A stretch of DNA of 64,000 nt from Candidatus Marinacidobacterales bacterium. Its GTDB lineage: Bacteria > Acidobacteriota > Vicinamibacteria > Marinacidobacterales > SMYC01. Below the pieces are notes generated by a model. That model saw only the letters and a list, made by a program, of their open reading frames with translations. It did no database searches and was not told where the DNA came from. The stretch covers positions 1,888,001-1,952,000 of the forward strand of contig CBDCYI010000005.1 of NCBI GenBank assembly GCA_965224085.1. Direction: 5' to 3'. The position numbers and the translations under genes are program-made. Shown here piece by piece: positions 17,888 through 28,521 of the stretch (the first letter of the stretch is position 1; each line of letters opens with the position of its first letter).

Positions 17888-20686
17888 TTGACTCAAACTA
17901 ACGAGTCTCCGGGAACCCCCCGTGGGCGGTTCATGCGAGGAATCTGTGTAGTCGTCTTGGCGGGCGTTGTGTTGCTGTTGGGCCTATCTCCCAGTACGTT
18001 TGCCCAGGAGAATGCCACATTGAGTGGAACCGTGACCGACAGCACTGGAGCAGTCATTCCCGGTGCGGTCGTCACGGCGACCAACAACACAACTGAAATG
18101 GTTGCTACACGTGTGACGAACGAAATCGGAAATTACGAGTTCAGTTTGCCACCCGGGCTCTACACACTCACCGCGGAGGTGCCCTACTTCCAAACCGGGA
18201 TTTATAGCGATGTCGAACTGAGGGCGGCCCAACCGGTCCTGCTGCACTTTATCCTTGAGGTGGGCGCGGTGACCACGACCGTCATGGTCGGAACCCGCGT
18301 GCGGCCACGGTCGGTAACCGAGTCGACGGTACCGATTGACGTCATCTTAACCGACGAACTCGTTAATCAAGGCGACACCGATTTGAGTAATCGGTTGCGA
18401 ACCATCATTCCGTCTTACAATGTCAATACTCAACTCACCGACGCGTCCAAAATTTCCCGGCCGGCGAATCTACGCAACCTGGCACCCGACCACACGCTGG
18501 TACTGGTCAATGGGAAACGCCGCCATCGCTCGGCGATCATCACCTGGGGTGGCAACGGCGTGGCCGATGGCGCACAGGGGCCGGATATCTCGGCCATCCC
18601 ATCGATCGCACTGCGGCAGGTGGAGGTGCTGCGCGACGGCGCAGCGGCGCAGTACGGCTCGGATGCCATAGCCGGTGTGCTTAATTTCCAGCTCAAGGAC
18701 GCCCGGTCTGGTGGCAGTGTCGAGTTTCACACCGGGATCCACCACGACGGTGGAGGGGAAGGGTACACCATTGCCAGCAATGTCGGGTTGCCGCTCGGCG
18801 TGACCGGCTTCGCCAACCTCAGTCTCGAATACGGCAACTCCAATTCGACCAACCGCAGCATTCAGCGCGCTGATGCGGCGGCACTGATCGCGGTCGGTAA
18901 CAACCATGTCCGCAATCCGGCCCAGATCTGGGGCTCTCCGGAGTTCGACGATGATCTCAAGTTTTTCGGCAATTTCGGCTACCGGTTTAGCAATGGCTTG
19001 CAGTTCTACGGCCACACCAACTATGCCAGCAAGAAGGCAACATGGGGCTTTTTCTTCAGGAATCCCAACACCCGCGGTGGGGTGTTCAGCAATGACAGCG
19101 GCAAGACCCTGCTCATCGGCGACCTGCTCGCCGCGCGCGGCGAAGGCTCCGCGAACTGCCCCACGGTGACCATCACCAACCATGTGCCCGATCCGGAGGC
19201 CCTCGCCCAGGTTTTCGCCGATCCAAACTGTTTTTCCTTCCAGGAACGTTTTCCGGGCGGCTTCACTCCGAGTTTCGGCGGCGACGCGACCGATGGGTCG
19301 GTGGTCGCCGGCCTGCGCGGGGTCACGTCCCGTGGCATCGTCTGGGATGCGAGCTTCAGCATCGGCTCCAACGAGGCGGACTTTTTCATCCATAACACCG
19401 TCAACGCCTCCTTTGGACCGGATACGCCCACGTCGTTCGATCCCGGCCTCTACCGACAGCAGGAACTCGGCATCAACGTCGACGTCTCCTATGCTGTCAA
19501 CGACAGGGTCCACCTCGCCGGTGGTGCCGAATGGCGTGACGAACAGTTCACGATCGGCCTCGGCCAGCGCGAGTCGTGGGACTTCGGTCCCTTGGCTGCG
19601 CAGGGCTTTTCCGCCGGGTCCAACGGCTTCCCAGGCTTCAGCCCGATTGCAGCGGGGAAGTGGAGTCGCAGCAACGTGGCGCTCTACGGCGACGTCGAGT
19701 TGCGAGGCCTGGAAGACCGGTGGAACCTCGGCATTGCCGCGAGGGTCGAAGACTTCGAGGACTTCGGCACCACGGTCAATGGCAAGCTCTCCGGCAGGTT
19801 CCGGCTCAACCGGGTCGTCGCGCTCCGCGCCAGCGTCAGTAGAGGCTTCCGTGCGCCGACGCCCGGGCAGCAGAACGCGTTCAATGTGTCGACTCTATAC
19901 GACTCGACGCTCATGGACTTGGTGAACCGAGGCACGATTCCATCGACTTCCGAACTCGCGCAACGATACGGCGGGCAGCCGCTCCAGCCTGAGACATCGG
20001 CCAACTACACTGTCGGGACGACCGTCGATACCGGCCCCTTCACCTTCACGGCTGACTACTTTCGCATCGATCTGTCCGACCGCTTTGGGAACTCGAGAGA
20101 CATCAATCTCTCGCCGGACGAAGTCGACATCCTCGTCGCGGAGGGGATCACCAGCGCCAGCAACCTACGAAGCTTCCGGTTCTTCATTAATGACTTTGCG
20201 ACGAAGACTCAGGGAATCGACGTGGTTTCGACCTACACGCCGCTAGCCCTCGGAGGCGACACCATGTTCAGCGTCGCCTTCAACCACACCAACACGGATG
20301 TCACGGAGTTCAACCCGCAGACGCTCTCGCCCAACCGAATCCGTCGATTGGAAGCAGCATTGCCTGAAACCCGCTGGAATTTCAGCGCCAAACAGCGCAT
20401 CGGGCGGATGAACCTCCTTGGCCGCTTGAGTTACTACGGCGGCTGGTTCGACGGCGACGACCCGGCATTCTACGACGGTAAACCCCTCGTTGATCTCGAA
20501 TTCAGCTTGCCACTCTCCGATTCCACCACGTTGAGATTCGGCTCACGCAATGTGTTCAATACCTACCCGGACGAGAGCATCATCGCGTTGCGTACAGGGG
20601 AACTCTACAGCAGGTACACGCCGTGGGGCTTCAACGGCGGCTACTACTACCTCAGCCTAAGCTACATTTGGAAGACATCACCGTAG
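17888..20686 (+). CDS. TonB-dependent receptor with carboxypeptidase-regulatory-like N-terminal domain
   Basis: Signal peptide, LSGTVTDSTGAVIPGA, plug LVLVNGKRRH..VEVLRDGAAAQYGSDAIAGVLN, C-terminal NVFNTYPD..GGYYY. The true start may be ATG 17933. Confidence 0.93.
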   Translation: MTQTNESPGTPRGRFMRGICVVVLAGVVLLLGLSPSTFAQENATLSGTVTDSTGAVIPGAVVTATNNTTEMVATRVTNEIGNYEFSLPPGLYTLTAEVPYFQTGIYSDVELRAAQPVLLHFILEVGAVTTTVMVGTRVRPRSVTESTVPIDVILTDELVNQGDTDLSNRLRTIIPSYNVNTQLTDASKISRPANLRNLAPDHTLVLVNGKRRHRSAIITWGGNGVADGAQGPDISAIPSIALRQVEVLRDGAAAQYGSDAIAGVLNFQLKDARSGGSVEFHTGIHHDGGGEGYTIASNVGLPLGVTGFANLSLEYGNSNSTNRSIQRADAAALIAVGNNHVRNPAQIWGSPEFDDDLKFFGNFGYRFSNGLQFYGHTNYASKKATWGFFFRNPNTRGGVFSNDSGKTLLIGDLLAARGEGSANCPTVTITNHVPDPEALAQVFADPNCFSFQERFPGGFTPSFGGDATDGSVVAGLRGVTSRGIVWDASFSIGSNEADFFIHNTVNASFGPDTPTSFDPGLYRQQELGINVDVSYAVNDRVHLAGGAEWRDEQFTIGLGQRESWDFGPLAAQGFSAGSNGFPGFSPIAAGKWSRSNVALYGDVELRGLEDRWNLGIAARVEDFEDFGTTVNGKLSGRFRLNRVVALRASVSRGFRAPTPGQQNAFNVSTLYDSTLMDLVNRGTIPSTSELAQRYGGQPLQPETSANYTVGTTVDTGPFTFTADYFRIDLSDRFGNSRDINLSPDEVDILVAEGITSASNLRSFRFFINDFATKTQGIDVVSTYTPLALGGDTMFSVAFNHTNTDVTEFNPQTLSPNRIRRLEAALPETRWNFSAKQRIGRMNLLGRLSYYGGWFDGDDPAFYDGKPLVDLEFSLPLSDSTTLRFGSRNVFNTYPDESIIALRTGELYSRYTPWGFNGGYYYLSLSYIWKTSP

Positions 20687-20689
20687 GTT

Positions 20690-20987
20690 GTGCATCATCA
20701 ATATCCGTCCGCTCCTGAAATCAAGGACTTACGCACCGTTCACGCCTCGGCCAACGAGCGCATCTCCCGCTTGAGATCCCGGTCTTGAGACGGCAAACTC
20801 TGCCGCCATGCTCCGTGTCCTCATCTTCCTCGTCTCACTCGGCGCCCGTGCGATCCGGGCGATGTGTCGGTGCCGAGCCGACCTCGTGATTGAAAACCTG
20901 GCCCTGCGGCAGCAAGTTACGGCGTTGAAGAAGGAACGCCCCCGGCCACCGCTCGAGGACACGGACCGAGCATTCTGGGTTGCGCTC
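20690..20987 (+). mobile_element. Left end and N-terminus of an rve integrase-core element, interrupted by IS5
   Basis: TGTGCATCATCAAATATCC end; ADLVIENLALRQQV..RPRPPL..DRAFWV is the typical N-terminus. Confidence 0.75.
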
Positions 20988-22074
20988 GGCGTTGTTGCAC
21001 CGCTCTTGGCTGAGCGCGAAATCTACCTATGGTGGTGGCCGAGGTAATGTTCGACCATGAAGTATCCCAAGCGCAGCCAGTACAAGCACGCGAAGCAGAA
21101 GAAGTACCACGTTTCCAACTGGGCGGAATACAACGAAGGGCTGCGCCGCCGGGGCGATTTGACGGTCTGGTTTGACGAGGAGGCAATCGCGAACTGGAAG
21201 GCCGACAAGAGCGGTAAGCCTGGCGGTCAACGGGTCTATTCAGAGATGGCGATTGAAACGGGCCTGGTTGTCCGGATGGTGTACAAGCTTGCCTACCGCC
21301 AAACCGAAGGCTTCTTGAACTCGATCGCCTCGCTTCTCCGGCTGTGTATCGAGATCCCGGACTACTCGACATTGTGTCGGCGGTCGAGGCTGCTCCGCAA
21401 GAAGCTGCGGATTGGGAAAGCCGCAAGCAATCAACCAATCCACCTGATGATCGATAGCACGGGCTTGAGGATTCATGTTGGAACCACCCGCAAACCGCCA
21501 AAGCAGCGCGCCTGGCGCAAGTTGCACATCGCCGTTGATCGCAAGACCGGCAACATTGTTGCGTCCGAACTGACGGCGTCACGAGCTCGCGACGCAACGC
21601 GAGTCCCCCCTTTGCTAACACAGATTCAAGCACCTATAGCGTCGGTGGCGGCGGACAGTGCATACGACAAGGAAGCGGTCTACGAAGCCATCGAAGCGCA
21701 CAGCCCTGGACGAAGGACGCGCGTGGTGATTCCGCCGCAACGAAACGCCACGCTCAGTCAGAATTCGAACACCGCCATGCGGGAACGCGACCGCCATATT
21801 CGTGCCATCGAAAGACACGGCCGACGTGAATGGTACAAGCTCTCAGGCTGCACCGAGCGAAGCATGGTGGAGAACGCGGTCTATCGTTACAAGGCGATCA
21901 TGGGGCCCGAGATGCGGGCTCGAACGTTGGCGAGGCAACGAGTTGAACACAGAATTGGGTGCGAGATACTCAACAAGATGACCGCGCTCGGCATGCCCGA
22001 TACTTACTGCGCCGGGTGACTCTCCGACCGGCACAGGGAGGTCAGCGATTTGCTCCGGGCCGTGCAACAACGCC
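20988..22074 (+). mobile_element. Complete IS5-family (IS903 group) element; transposase 21057-22019
   Basis: TIRs GGCGTTGTTGCAC / GTGCAACAACGCC; NWAEYNEGLRRRG, PDYSTLCRR, IDSTGL, WRKLH, ADSAYD. Confidence 0.95.
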
Positions 22075-22331
22075 TCGCTGAGCCCACGATAGCCTTGTAG
22101 CGATGGAACGTTGTCTCGACTTTGCTCCGTTTGCTGTAGCCCGATTCTGTGTGCCACTTTCGTTTGCCGAGCCGAGCTTGTGCTGCAATGTTGCGATTGC
22201 GCTGTCGGCTGCTCGCCGGCAGGCCTTCTTCACATACTTCCGCTGAGTGCGTTTGAAAATGCTCATGGGGAACCTCGTATCCGCGAGTACAGGACAATTG
22301 TGGACCGAGATCGCGAGTTGTGCACCAAGGC
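22075..22331 (-). mobile_element. Internally deleted IS903-group element
   Basis: Left end GCCTTGGTGCACAACTC plus MSIFKRTQRKYVKK joined directly to the C-terminal KRSKVETTFHRYK region. Confidence 0.8.
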
Positions 22332-22965
22332 ATCGACTCGCCAGCTTCTTTTCGATCCGAGACTGGCGCTGGATCAACCAATCCATTGCCGCATAGAGAT
22401 CATCTTCGTCCGCATCGACCACGCCGAGCTCTTGCGCCAGCGTTGTCGTGTGCCACAGTCGTGTCGTGCCCAACTTCGAGCTGGGATGAATGAGTTGCTC
22501 GGCAATCATGGCGATAACCAGATCGCGTTCGCGACATCGTTTCGACGCGATGAGTCTATCGAGTTCCAGTTGGTGGATGGTGCCGAGCACTGCCTCGACA
22601 TGGCCGTGGGGCAGTGTCCGCTGCACGACGAACACATCCGACGGAGCCATCAAGGGCTCGTCTCTCAGTAAGCGTCGCAGGGCTTCGACCTTGGCCTTGG
22701 GCCACTCCGTCAGATTGGCGATGGTGCGCTTTCGGATGCGCTTTCCCTCTCGCCAACCCTCGCGCAACAAGATGGCTGGCCGGGAGTTCCGGTTGGGAAC
22801 GATGTCGACATACATGGCAACAATAATACACATAAAAAGCTTAATATCAATATAAAACAGATCAATACATGGGAAAACTTGTGGGGCCACATTTTCTCGT
22901 TTCCCACTTAGAATCAATGAATTACACCCCGTTCTAGGTGTTTCTGTTAGGGGAACTTCTGTTTA
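22332..22965 (-). mobile_element. IS1634-family element: left end and N-terminal transposase (start 22815), truncated
   Basis: MYVDIVPNRNSRPAILLREGWREG..RTIANL..PHGHV..DLYAAMDWL; end GGGGAACTTC. Confidence 0.85.
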
Positions 22966-24139
22966 ATTACTATCCATATTCGATTGGCCATGTGTATCGA
23001 GCGTTCGCTGAGCGAACCGAGCGATGGATTCGAGGACTTGGTCGGCGGATTTTGTCCACATGAACGGCTTGGGTTCGTCGTTGTGAGCATCGAGATAGTC
23101 TTGTATCGCATTGCGGCGCTGAGGCACGCTCGTGTGCGAGCCCTGCCGCAAGGCGTGTTCGGTGAGCAATCCAAAGAAGCGCTCAGCGAGGTTGAGCCAA
23201 GAGGCGTGTGTGGGCGTGAAGTGAAAGTGGAACCGAGGTCGCTTGGCGAGCCAACGTTTGATCGCCGGCGTCTTGTGCGTGGCGAGATTGTCGAGCACGA
23301 CATGGATGTCCAACTCGCGAGGAATGGCTGCTTCAATCTCAACGAGGAACTTCTTGAACTTCTATCGCTCGATGTCGCGTGTAGCACTTTCCGAGGACTT
23401 CGCCGGTTGCGGCGTCGAGCGCAGCAAACAGGTCAGTCGTTCCATGGCGAATGTTAGTCGTGGGTTTGTCGTTCGGGCTGGCCCAAACTCATCGGCAGGA
23501 CCGGTTGAAGCACGCTCGAGCGCTTGAATCTGCGATTTCTCGTCAACGCACAGCACGACCGCGTTGTCCGGCGGGTTCATATACAGGCCAACAACGTCGC
23601 GTACCTTTTCGACGAGTTGCGGGTCCTGCGAGAGACGAAACGATTCCGAGCGATGGGGTTGAAGTCCGAACGTTCGCCAAATACGGCCGATCGTCGAATG
23701 ACTCAGCCCAAGATGCTTGGCCATAGACCGCGTACTCCAATGGGTTCTTCCCTTGGGAGTCGTCTCCAGCGTCTTGGTCACGACTTCCTCGATTTGGTCG
23801 TCCGTGATCGTGCGCTCTACCCCGGGCCTGGGTTCGTCGTACAGCCCTTCCAATCGCTGTGCTACAAAGCGACTTCGCCACTTGCCCACCGTGCTCCTCA
23901 TGGTGCGCAGCTTCCTCGCGACCTCCGAATTCGTCAGTCCCGACGCGCACTGCAGCACGATTCTGGCCCGGAACGCTTGGTGCGGCGACGCCCGTCTGCG
24001 GCGAGTCAGTCGCTCAAGCGCTTTGGTTTCTTCAGAAGGTCAGCTTCAACTCAGCCAATTGCCGCCCGTTGTTGTTTCATGCACTTAGCAGATCACAACT
24101 GGACATGGTATGTCTACCGTTTTTTGTTCCAGGGGACTA
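22966..24139 (-). mobile_element. IS630-family element with frameshifted transposase
   Basis: HWSTRSMA, VVGLYMNPP, VDEKSQIQAL, LDNLATHK, HFTPTHASWLN spread over three frames; ends at CTAG. Confidence 0.9.
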
Positions 24140-24254
24140 GAGAGCGCCGGACCCGTTCGGCGAGCTCGTCATCGTCGCGCGATTGGGCCGCAGAAAGCCC
24201 CGGCGCGCATACGACTCCAAAAGCGAGAAACAGAACCGCCGCAAGCCTTCGCAT
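24140..24254 (-). pseudogene. N-terminus of an exported (possibly BON-domain) protein cut by IS630
   Basis: MRRLAAVLFLAFGVVCAPGLSAAQSRDDELAERVRRSL is a signal peptide. Confidence 0.45.
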
Positions 24255-24601
24255 CGTCCCCTATGTCCATACCAAAGGAGGGCTGGAACTCCGGTGAAGG
24301 AGTGCCCACCCGATGCAACGCTTGCTTCGGCAGAATCTAGATACAGGCTGACGGCGAGGTTTTTCTCGGGATGGACTCGACGGCTCGGACGAGCGCCGTC
24401 CACAGGTTCTCGTGGGCTACCGGGAAGCTCGATCATCGCGCCGTTGTGTTTGCGATTCTAGCAAGGTTGGCGAGCGAGCCGGAAAACCCAGGTTCGCTTT
24501 TCACCCCAGGGGCTGGACACAGTAGAATTGTGTGGCTCTCAGTCAGGCTCGGCCAATCACAGACGGGAGCTGTGCCCATCTGGGGTGGGCGGCTTCGGCA
24601 G

Positions 24602-26047
24602 ATGCAGACATTTTTCGAGTTTATCGATCAAAGCTTCTACTTCCCGCCCGAGGGGTTTCAGGTCCTCGACGACGAGCTCTATTTTCACGGGATCAACGTG
24701 ATGGAGCTGATCGAGACCTACAAGACACCTCTGCGGTTCACCTACATGCCGATTATCTCGGAGAGAGTGAGGCGGGCGCGGAAGTACTTCCAGGACGCGA
24801 TTGACAAGGTTGGCTACCGTGGCAGCTACACCTATATGTATTGCACCAAGAGCGCCCACTTCAAACACGTAATGGTCGAGGTGCTCAAAGCCGGCGCGCA
24901 ACTGGAAACGTCGTCGGCCCTCGACATCCCGATCATCGACGCCCTCGAGCGTTCCGGCCACGTCAACAAACAGATCCGGGTGTTGTGCAACGGATTCAAA
25001 GACTACGAGTACAAGCAATACATCGTGGACATGCTGCACGACGGCTTCGAGAACTTCGTTCCGATACTCGACAACAAAGACGAGCTCGGTTTCTACGAGC
25101 AGGAGCTCCACGTGCCGTGCACGCTGGGGATTCGGCTTGCGACCGAGGAGCCGCCGGAATCGGGTTTCTATACGAGCCGCCTCGGGATGAGAGAGGACCA
25201 GATTATTCCGTTCTACATGCAAAAGCTCTCCGATCATCCGAGCCTGGGCGTGAAGTTGCTGCATTTCTTCGTGCACACCGGCATTCAAGACACGCCGTTT
25301 TTTTGGAGCGAGCTCCGTCGCTTCGTCAACTTCTACTGTCAGTTCAAGGTCGTCAATCCGAAGCTCGCAATGCTCGACCTCGGTGGTGGCCTGCCGTTCA
25401 GGAACTCGCTCGCGTTCGAGTACGACTACGAGTACGTCATCGGCGAGATCGTGCGGACGGTGCAAGAGATCTGCCGGGAGAACTCGGTCGAAGAGCCCGA
25501 CCTCATCACCGAGTTCGGAAGCTACACCGTTGCCGAGAGCAGCGGAACGCTCTTCAAAGTGTTGGGGAAGAAAGAGCAGAACGATCGTGAAAAGTGGCAC
25601 ATGATCGATGGCAGCGTCATCACCATGCTCCCTGACGTGTGGGCGCTCGGCCGCCGGTTCATGCTCCTGCCCATCAACAATTGGGACGCCGGTTACGAAA
25701 AAGTCGTCATCGGCGGTATGACCTGCGATGCCGATGATTATTACAGCGAAGAAACCCATCGCGGCTCGATCTTCATGCCGGACACACGCTTGCAGCAATA
25801 CATCGGGTTCTTCCACACCGGCGCCTACCAGGAAGTTCTGAGCGGAGTGGGAGGCCTCCACCACTGCCTCATGCCGGATCCGAAACACGTCGTGATCTCG
25901 CTCGACGATGAAGGGCATCGCGTGTTCCGCGTGCTCAGCGAAGAGCAGGTTTCCAAGCAAGTTCTCCGGACTCTCGGCTACCGGCGTGATCCAGATGCGC
26001 CTCCGGTGCGCTCCGCGAAATACCGGGACAAGAAGCTCGTCGAGTAG
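24602..26047 (+). CDS. speA: Arginine decarboxylase (alanine-racemase fold)
   Basis: YCTKSAHF PLP-lysine, ETSS, CNGFK, SRLG, DLGGG, TEFG, GGMTCD, GAYQ; lies upstream of agmatinase. Confidence 0.85.
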   Translation: MQTFFEFIDQSFYFPPEGFQVLDDELYFHGINVMELIETYKTPLRFTYMPIISERVRRARKYFQDAIDKVGYRGSYTYMYCTKSAHFKHVMVEVLKAGAQLETSSALDIPIIDALERSGHVNKQIRVLCNGFKDYEYKQYIVDMLHDGFENFVPILDNKDELGFYEQELHVPCTLGIRLATEEPPESGFYTSRLGMREDQIIPFYMQKLSDHPSLGVKLLHFFVHTGIQDTPFFWSELRRFVNFYCQFKVVNPKLAMLDLGGGLPFRNSLAFEYDYEYVIGEIVRTVQEICRENSVEEPDLITEFGSYTVAESSGTLFKVLGKKEQNDREKWHMIDGSVITMLPDVWALGRRFMLLPINNWDAGYEKVVIGGMTCDADDYYSEETHRGSIFMPDTRLQQYIGFFHTGAYQEVLSGVGGLHHCLMPDPKHVVISLDDEGHRVFRVLSEEQVSKQVLRTLGYRRDPDAPPVRSAKYRDKKLVE

Positions 26048-26059
26048 ACGCCCATCGGC

Positions 26060-27097
26060 ATGACGCGCGAAAACAACGTTCGCGATTTCGATCCGAGCCA
26101 ACCCGCTGCCACCAATACGCTCTGGGGTCTTCCGTTCGATGTGGACGACGCGGCTCTCGTCGTGCTTCCGGTGCCGTGGGAAGTGACGGTATCGTACGGT
26201 GCCGGCACCGCGAACGCACCCGCTGCCGTTCTTACGGCGTCGCGCCAGGTCGACCTCGAGAACGAGACGTATCCGAATGCGTGGAAGCAGGGGATTGCCA
26301 TGGCGCCCGAGCCCGAGGACGTGAGGCGCCTGAACGACGTGACCCGACCGAAGGCTCTCGAGGTCATCGACGCGATTGCACGGGGAAATGCGGAAAGCGG
26401 GGCCGCGTCGCTAGCCGAAGTGAACCGCGCTTGTGAAACGATGGTCGCCCGGGTGCGAAGCGATGCGACCGGTCTTCTCGATCGAGGCAAGCGGGTCGGC
26501 GTTCTCGGCGGTGACCATAGCGTGGCGCTTGGGCTCATGCAGGCGCTCGCCGAGCGTTACGACGATTTCGGCATCCTGCATATCGACGCCCATTGCGACC
26601 TTCGGGACGCTTACGATGGTTTCGTACACTCGCATGCATCGATCATGAGACACGCGCTCGGGTTACCAGGTCTTTCGAAAATGGTTCAAGTCGGCGTGCG
26701 CGGCACCTGCGAAGAAGAGATCGAGGTGATACGTGGTAGCGGACGCGTGGTGCAACTTTTTAGCGATCACATGCTGTCGGGACGAAGCTTCCACGGTGAG
26801 ACCTGGTCCGCGATGACCGACGATATCGTGCGGGAGCTTCCGGAGAATGTCTACGTGAGCTTCGACGTCGACGGGCTCGACCCGTCACTGTGCCCGGGAA
26901 CGGGAACGCCGGTGCCGGGAGGGCTGGCGTACGAACAAGCGCTCTATCTCGTCGAGCGGCTAGGCGCCACCGAGCGCAACATCGTGGGCTTCGACCTGAG
27001 TGAGGTATCGCCATCGGGCGAGAGGGGAAGCGAGTGGGACGCAAACGTCGGCGCGCGGTTACTCTATCGGCTGAGCTCGGCCGCGCTATCGCGGTAA
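26060..27097 (+). CDS. speB: Agmatinase (ureohydrolase)
   Basis: GGDHS, HIDAHCDLRD, SHAS, SFDVDGLDP..PGTGTPVPGGL. Confidence 0.92.
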   Translation: MTRENNVRDFDPSQPAATNTLWGLPFDVDDAALVVLPVPWEVTVSYGAGTANAPAAVLTASRQVDLENETYPNAWKQGIAMAPEPEDVRRLNDVTRPKALEVIDAIARGNAESGAASLAEVNRACETMVARVRSDATGLLDRGKRVGVLGGDHSVALGLMQALAERYDDFGILHIDAHCDLRDAYDGFVHSHASIMRHALGLPGLSKMVQVGVRGTCEEEIEVIRGSGRVVQLFSDHMLSGRSFHGETWSAMTDDIVRELPENVYVSFDVDGLDPSLCPGTGTPVPGGLAYEQALYLVERLGATERNIVGFDLSEVSPSGERGSEWDANVGARLLYRLSSAALSR

Positions 27098-27107
27098 GCG
27101 CGAGGAG

Positions 27108-28103
27108 ATGGACATGAAAAGGGAAAAAGGGCCGGTCTCTCGATTCATGGAGCACCACTTTCGCCATTTCAACGCGGCCACGGTCATCGATGCTTCGCGC
27201 GCGTACGAGGAGCTCGTCGACGGGGACGGCAAGATGATGATCACGCTCGCGGGGGCCATGAGCACGGCGGAGCTCGGACGCTCGCTCGCCGAGATGATCC
27301 GGCAGGAAAAAGTCGACATCATCTGTTGTACCGGTGCCAACCTTGAGGAAGACGTCTTCAACCTCGTCGCGCACAGCCACTACCAGCGGGTGCCGCACTA
27401 CCGCGAGCTCACCGCCGAGGACGAGGAGGCGCTCCTTGAGCAGCACTACAACCGCGTAACCGATACGTGCATCCCTGAGGAGGAGGCGATGCGGCGCATC
27501 GAGCACGGCATCTACGGGCTATGGGAGCGCGCCCACAAGGACAACGCACGCTATTTCCCCCATGAGTTCATCTACGAGCTCGTGCGCTCGGGCGAGCTCG
27601 AATCGTCCTACGACATCGATCCGGCAGATAGCTGGGTCGTCGCGGCATGCGAGAGGAACCTTCCGCTCGTCGTTCCCGGTTGGGAAGACTCGACCCTCGG
27701 CAATTTCTTCGCTGCCCACTGCATCCAAAAGGAGCTGGACCCGAACGTGATGCGTAACGGGATCGAGTATATGATCGAGCTTTCTAGCTGGTACAGCGAC
27801 AACGCCGAGCACGTCGAGAAAGGCGGCATCGGGTTCTACCAAATTGGAGGCGGGATTGCGGGCGATTTTCCGATCTGCGTCGTTCCGATGCTCCACCAGG
27901 ATCTTGGCAAAACCGACGTGCCCCGGTGGAGCTACTTCTGTCAGATCTCCGATTCCACCACCAGCTTCGGCTCGTACTCGGGCGCTGTCCCCAACGAGAA
28001 GATCACGTGGGGGAAACTCGGTGTCGACACGCCGAAATTCATCATCGAGTCGGACGCGTCGATCGTCGCCCCGCTGATGTTCGCCTGGATCCTCGGGCTG
28101 TAG
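27108..28103 (+). CDS. Deoxyhypusine synthase-like protein (putative homospermidine synthase)
   Basis: HFNAA, TLAGAMSTAELG, TGANLEED, NRVTD, GGGIAGDF, SYSGAVPNEKITWGK, SDASIVAPL. Confidence 0.9.
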   Translation: MDMKREKGPVSRFMEHHFRHFNAATVIDASRAYEELVDGDGKMMITLAGAMSTAELGRSLAEMIRQEKVDIICCTGANLEEDVFNLVAHSHYQRVPHYRELTAEDEEALLEQHYNRVTDTCIPEEEAMRRIEHGIYGLWERAHKDNARYFPHEFIYELVRSGELESSYDIDPADSWVVAACERNLPLVVPGWEDSTLGNFFAAHCIQKELDPNVMRNGIEYMIELSSWYSDNAEHVEKGGIGFYQIGGGIAGDFPICVVPMLHQDLGKTDVPRWSYFCQISDSTTSFGSYSGAVPNEKITWGKLGVDTPKFIIESDASIVAPLMFAWILGL

Positions 28104-28111
28104 CCCCCCCG

Positions 28112-28133
28112 GCTTCGCCAAGGCTACGGCGAG
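28112..28133. terminator. Hairpin after the polyamine operon (terminator or REP-like)
   Basis: TCGCC-AAGGCTAC-GGCGA stem-loop followed by CTTTCCGTTTT. Confidence 0.35.
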
Positions 28134-28162
28134 GCCTTTCCGTTTTGACAAACACGCAAGTT

Positions 28163-28521
28163 GGTGCTTGCGCTGTTTGCTGTTGGTGATGTGTACGTAT
28201 CCGTTTGCAAAAAAAGCGCTTACACTCCGTTTACCGCGCGGCGAAGGTCATGAGCGTTATTTTGGCTGTAATTTAACCCTAATCGCAAAATCTTCGAAGC
28301 ACGAAAACGCGAAACAGCCGCACTGGGCGCAGGCGAGAAGCTCGTGCTGGGGCACCCGCTCGCCGCCACTATAGGTGATTCTGCACGGTGTATGCAGAAC
28401 CTGGAAAAGGTGCTATTCACGGGGCCAAAGACCTCAGACACGGTGACGTTTATTTGCGATTAGGGTTAATGCAGCGTAAAGTCTTAGCGTCATCTTACCA
28501 ACACTTAATGGCGGAAGCACC
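28163..28521. mobile_element. IS1-derived MITE copy 3, with the TTAA element at a different internal site
   Basis: The right TIR CCAACACTTAATGGCGGAAGCACC is intact; the insertion lies at GTAATTTAA. Confidence 0.9.
28277..28465 (-). mobile_element. TTAA-targeting 189-bp MITE, copy 3
   Basis: TTAA at 28273-28276 and 28466-28469 flank the same TIRs. Confidence 0.92.

Noticed and set aside
16060-17901. 613-aa ORF as a novel fusion protein
   Set aside because: It is a helicase fragment reading through into the antisense strand of an IS1 remnant.
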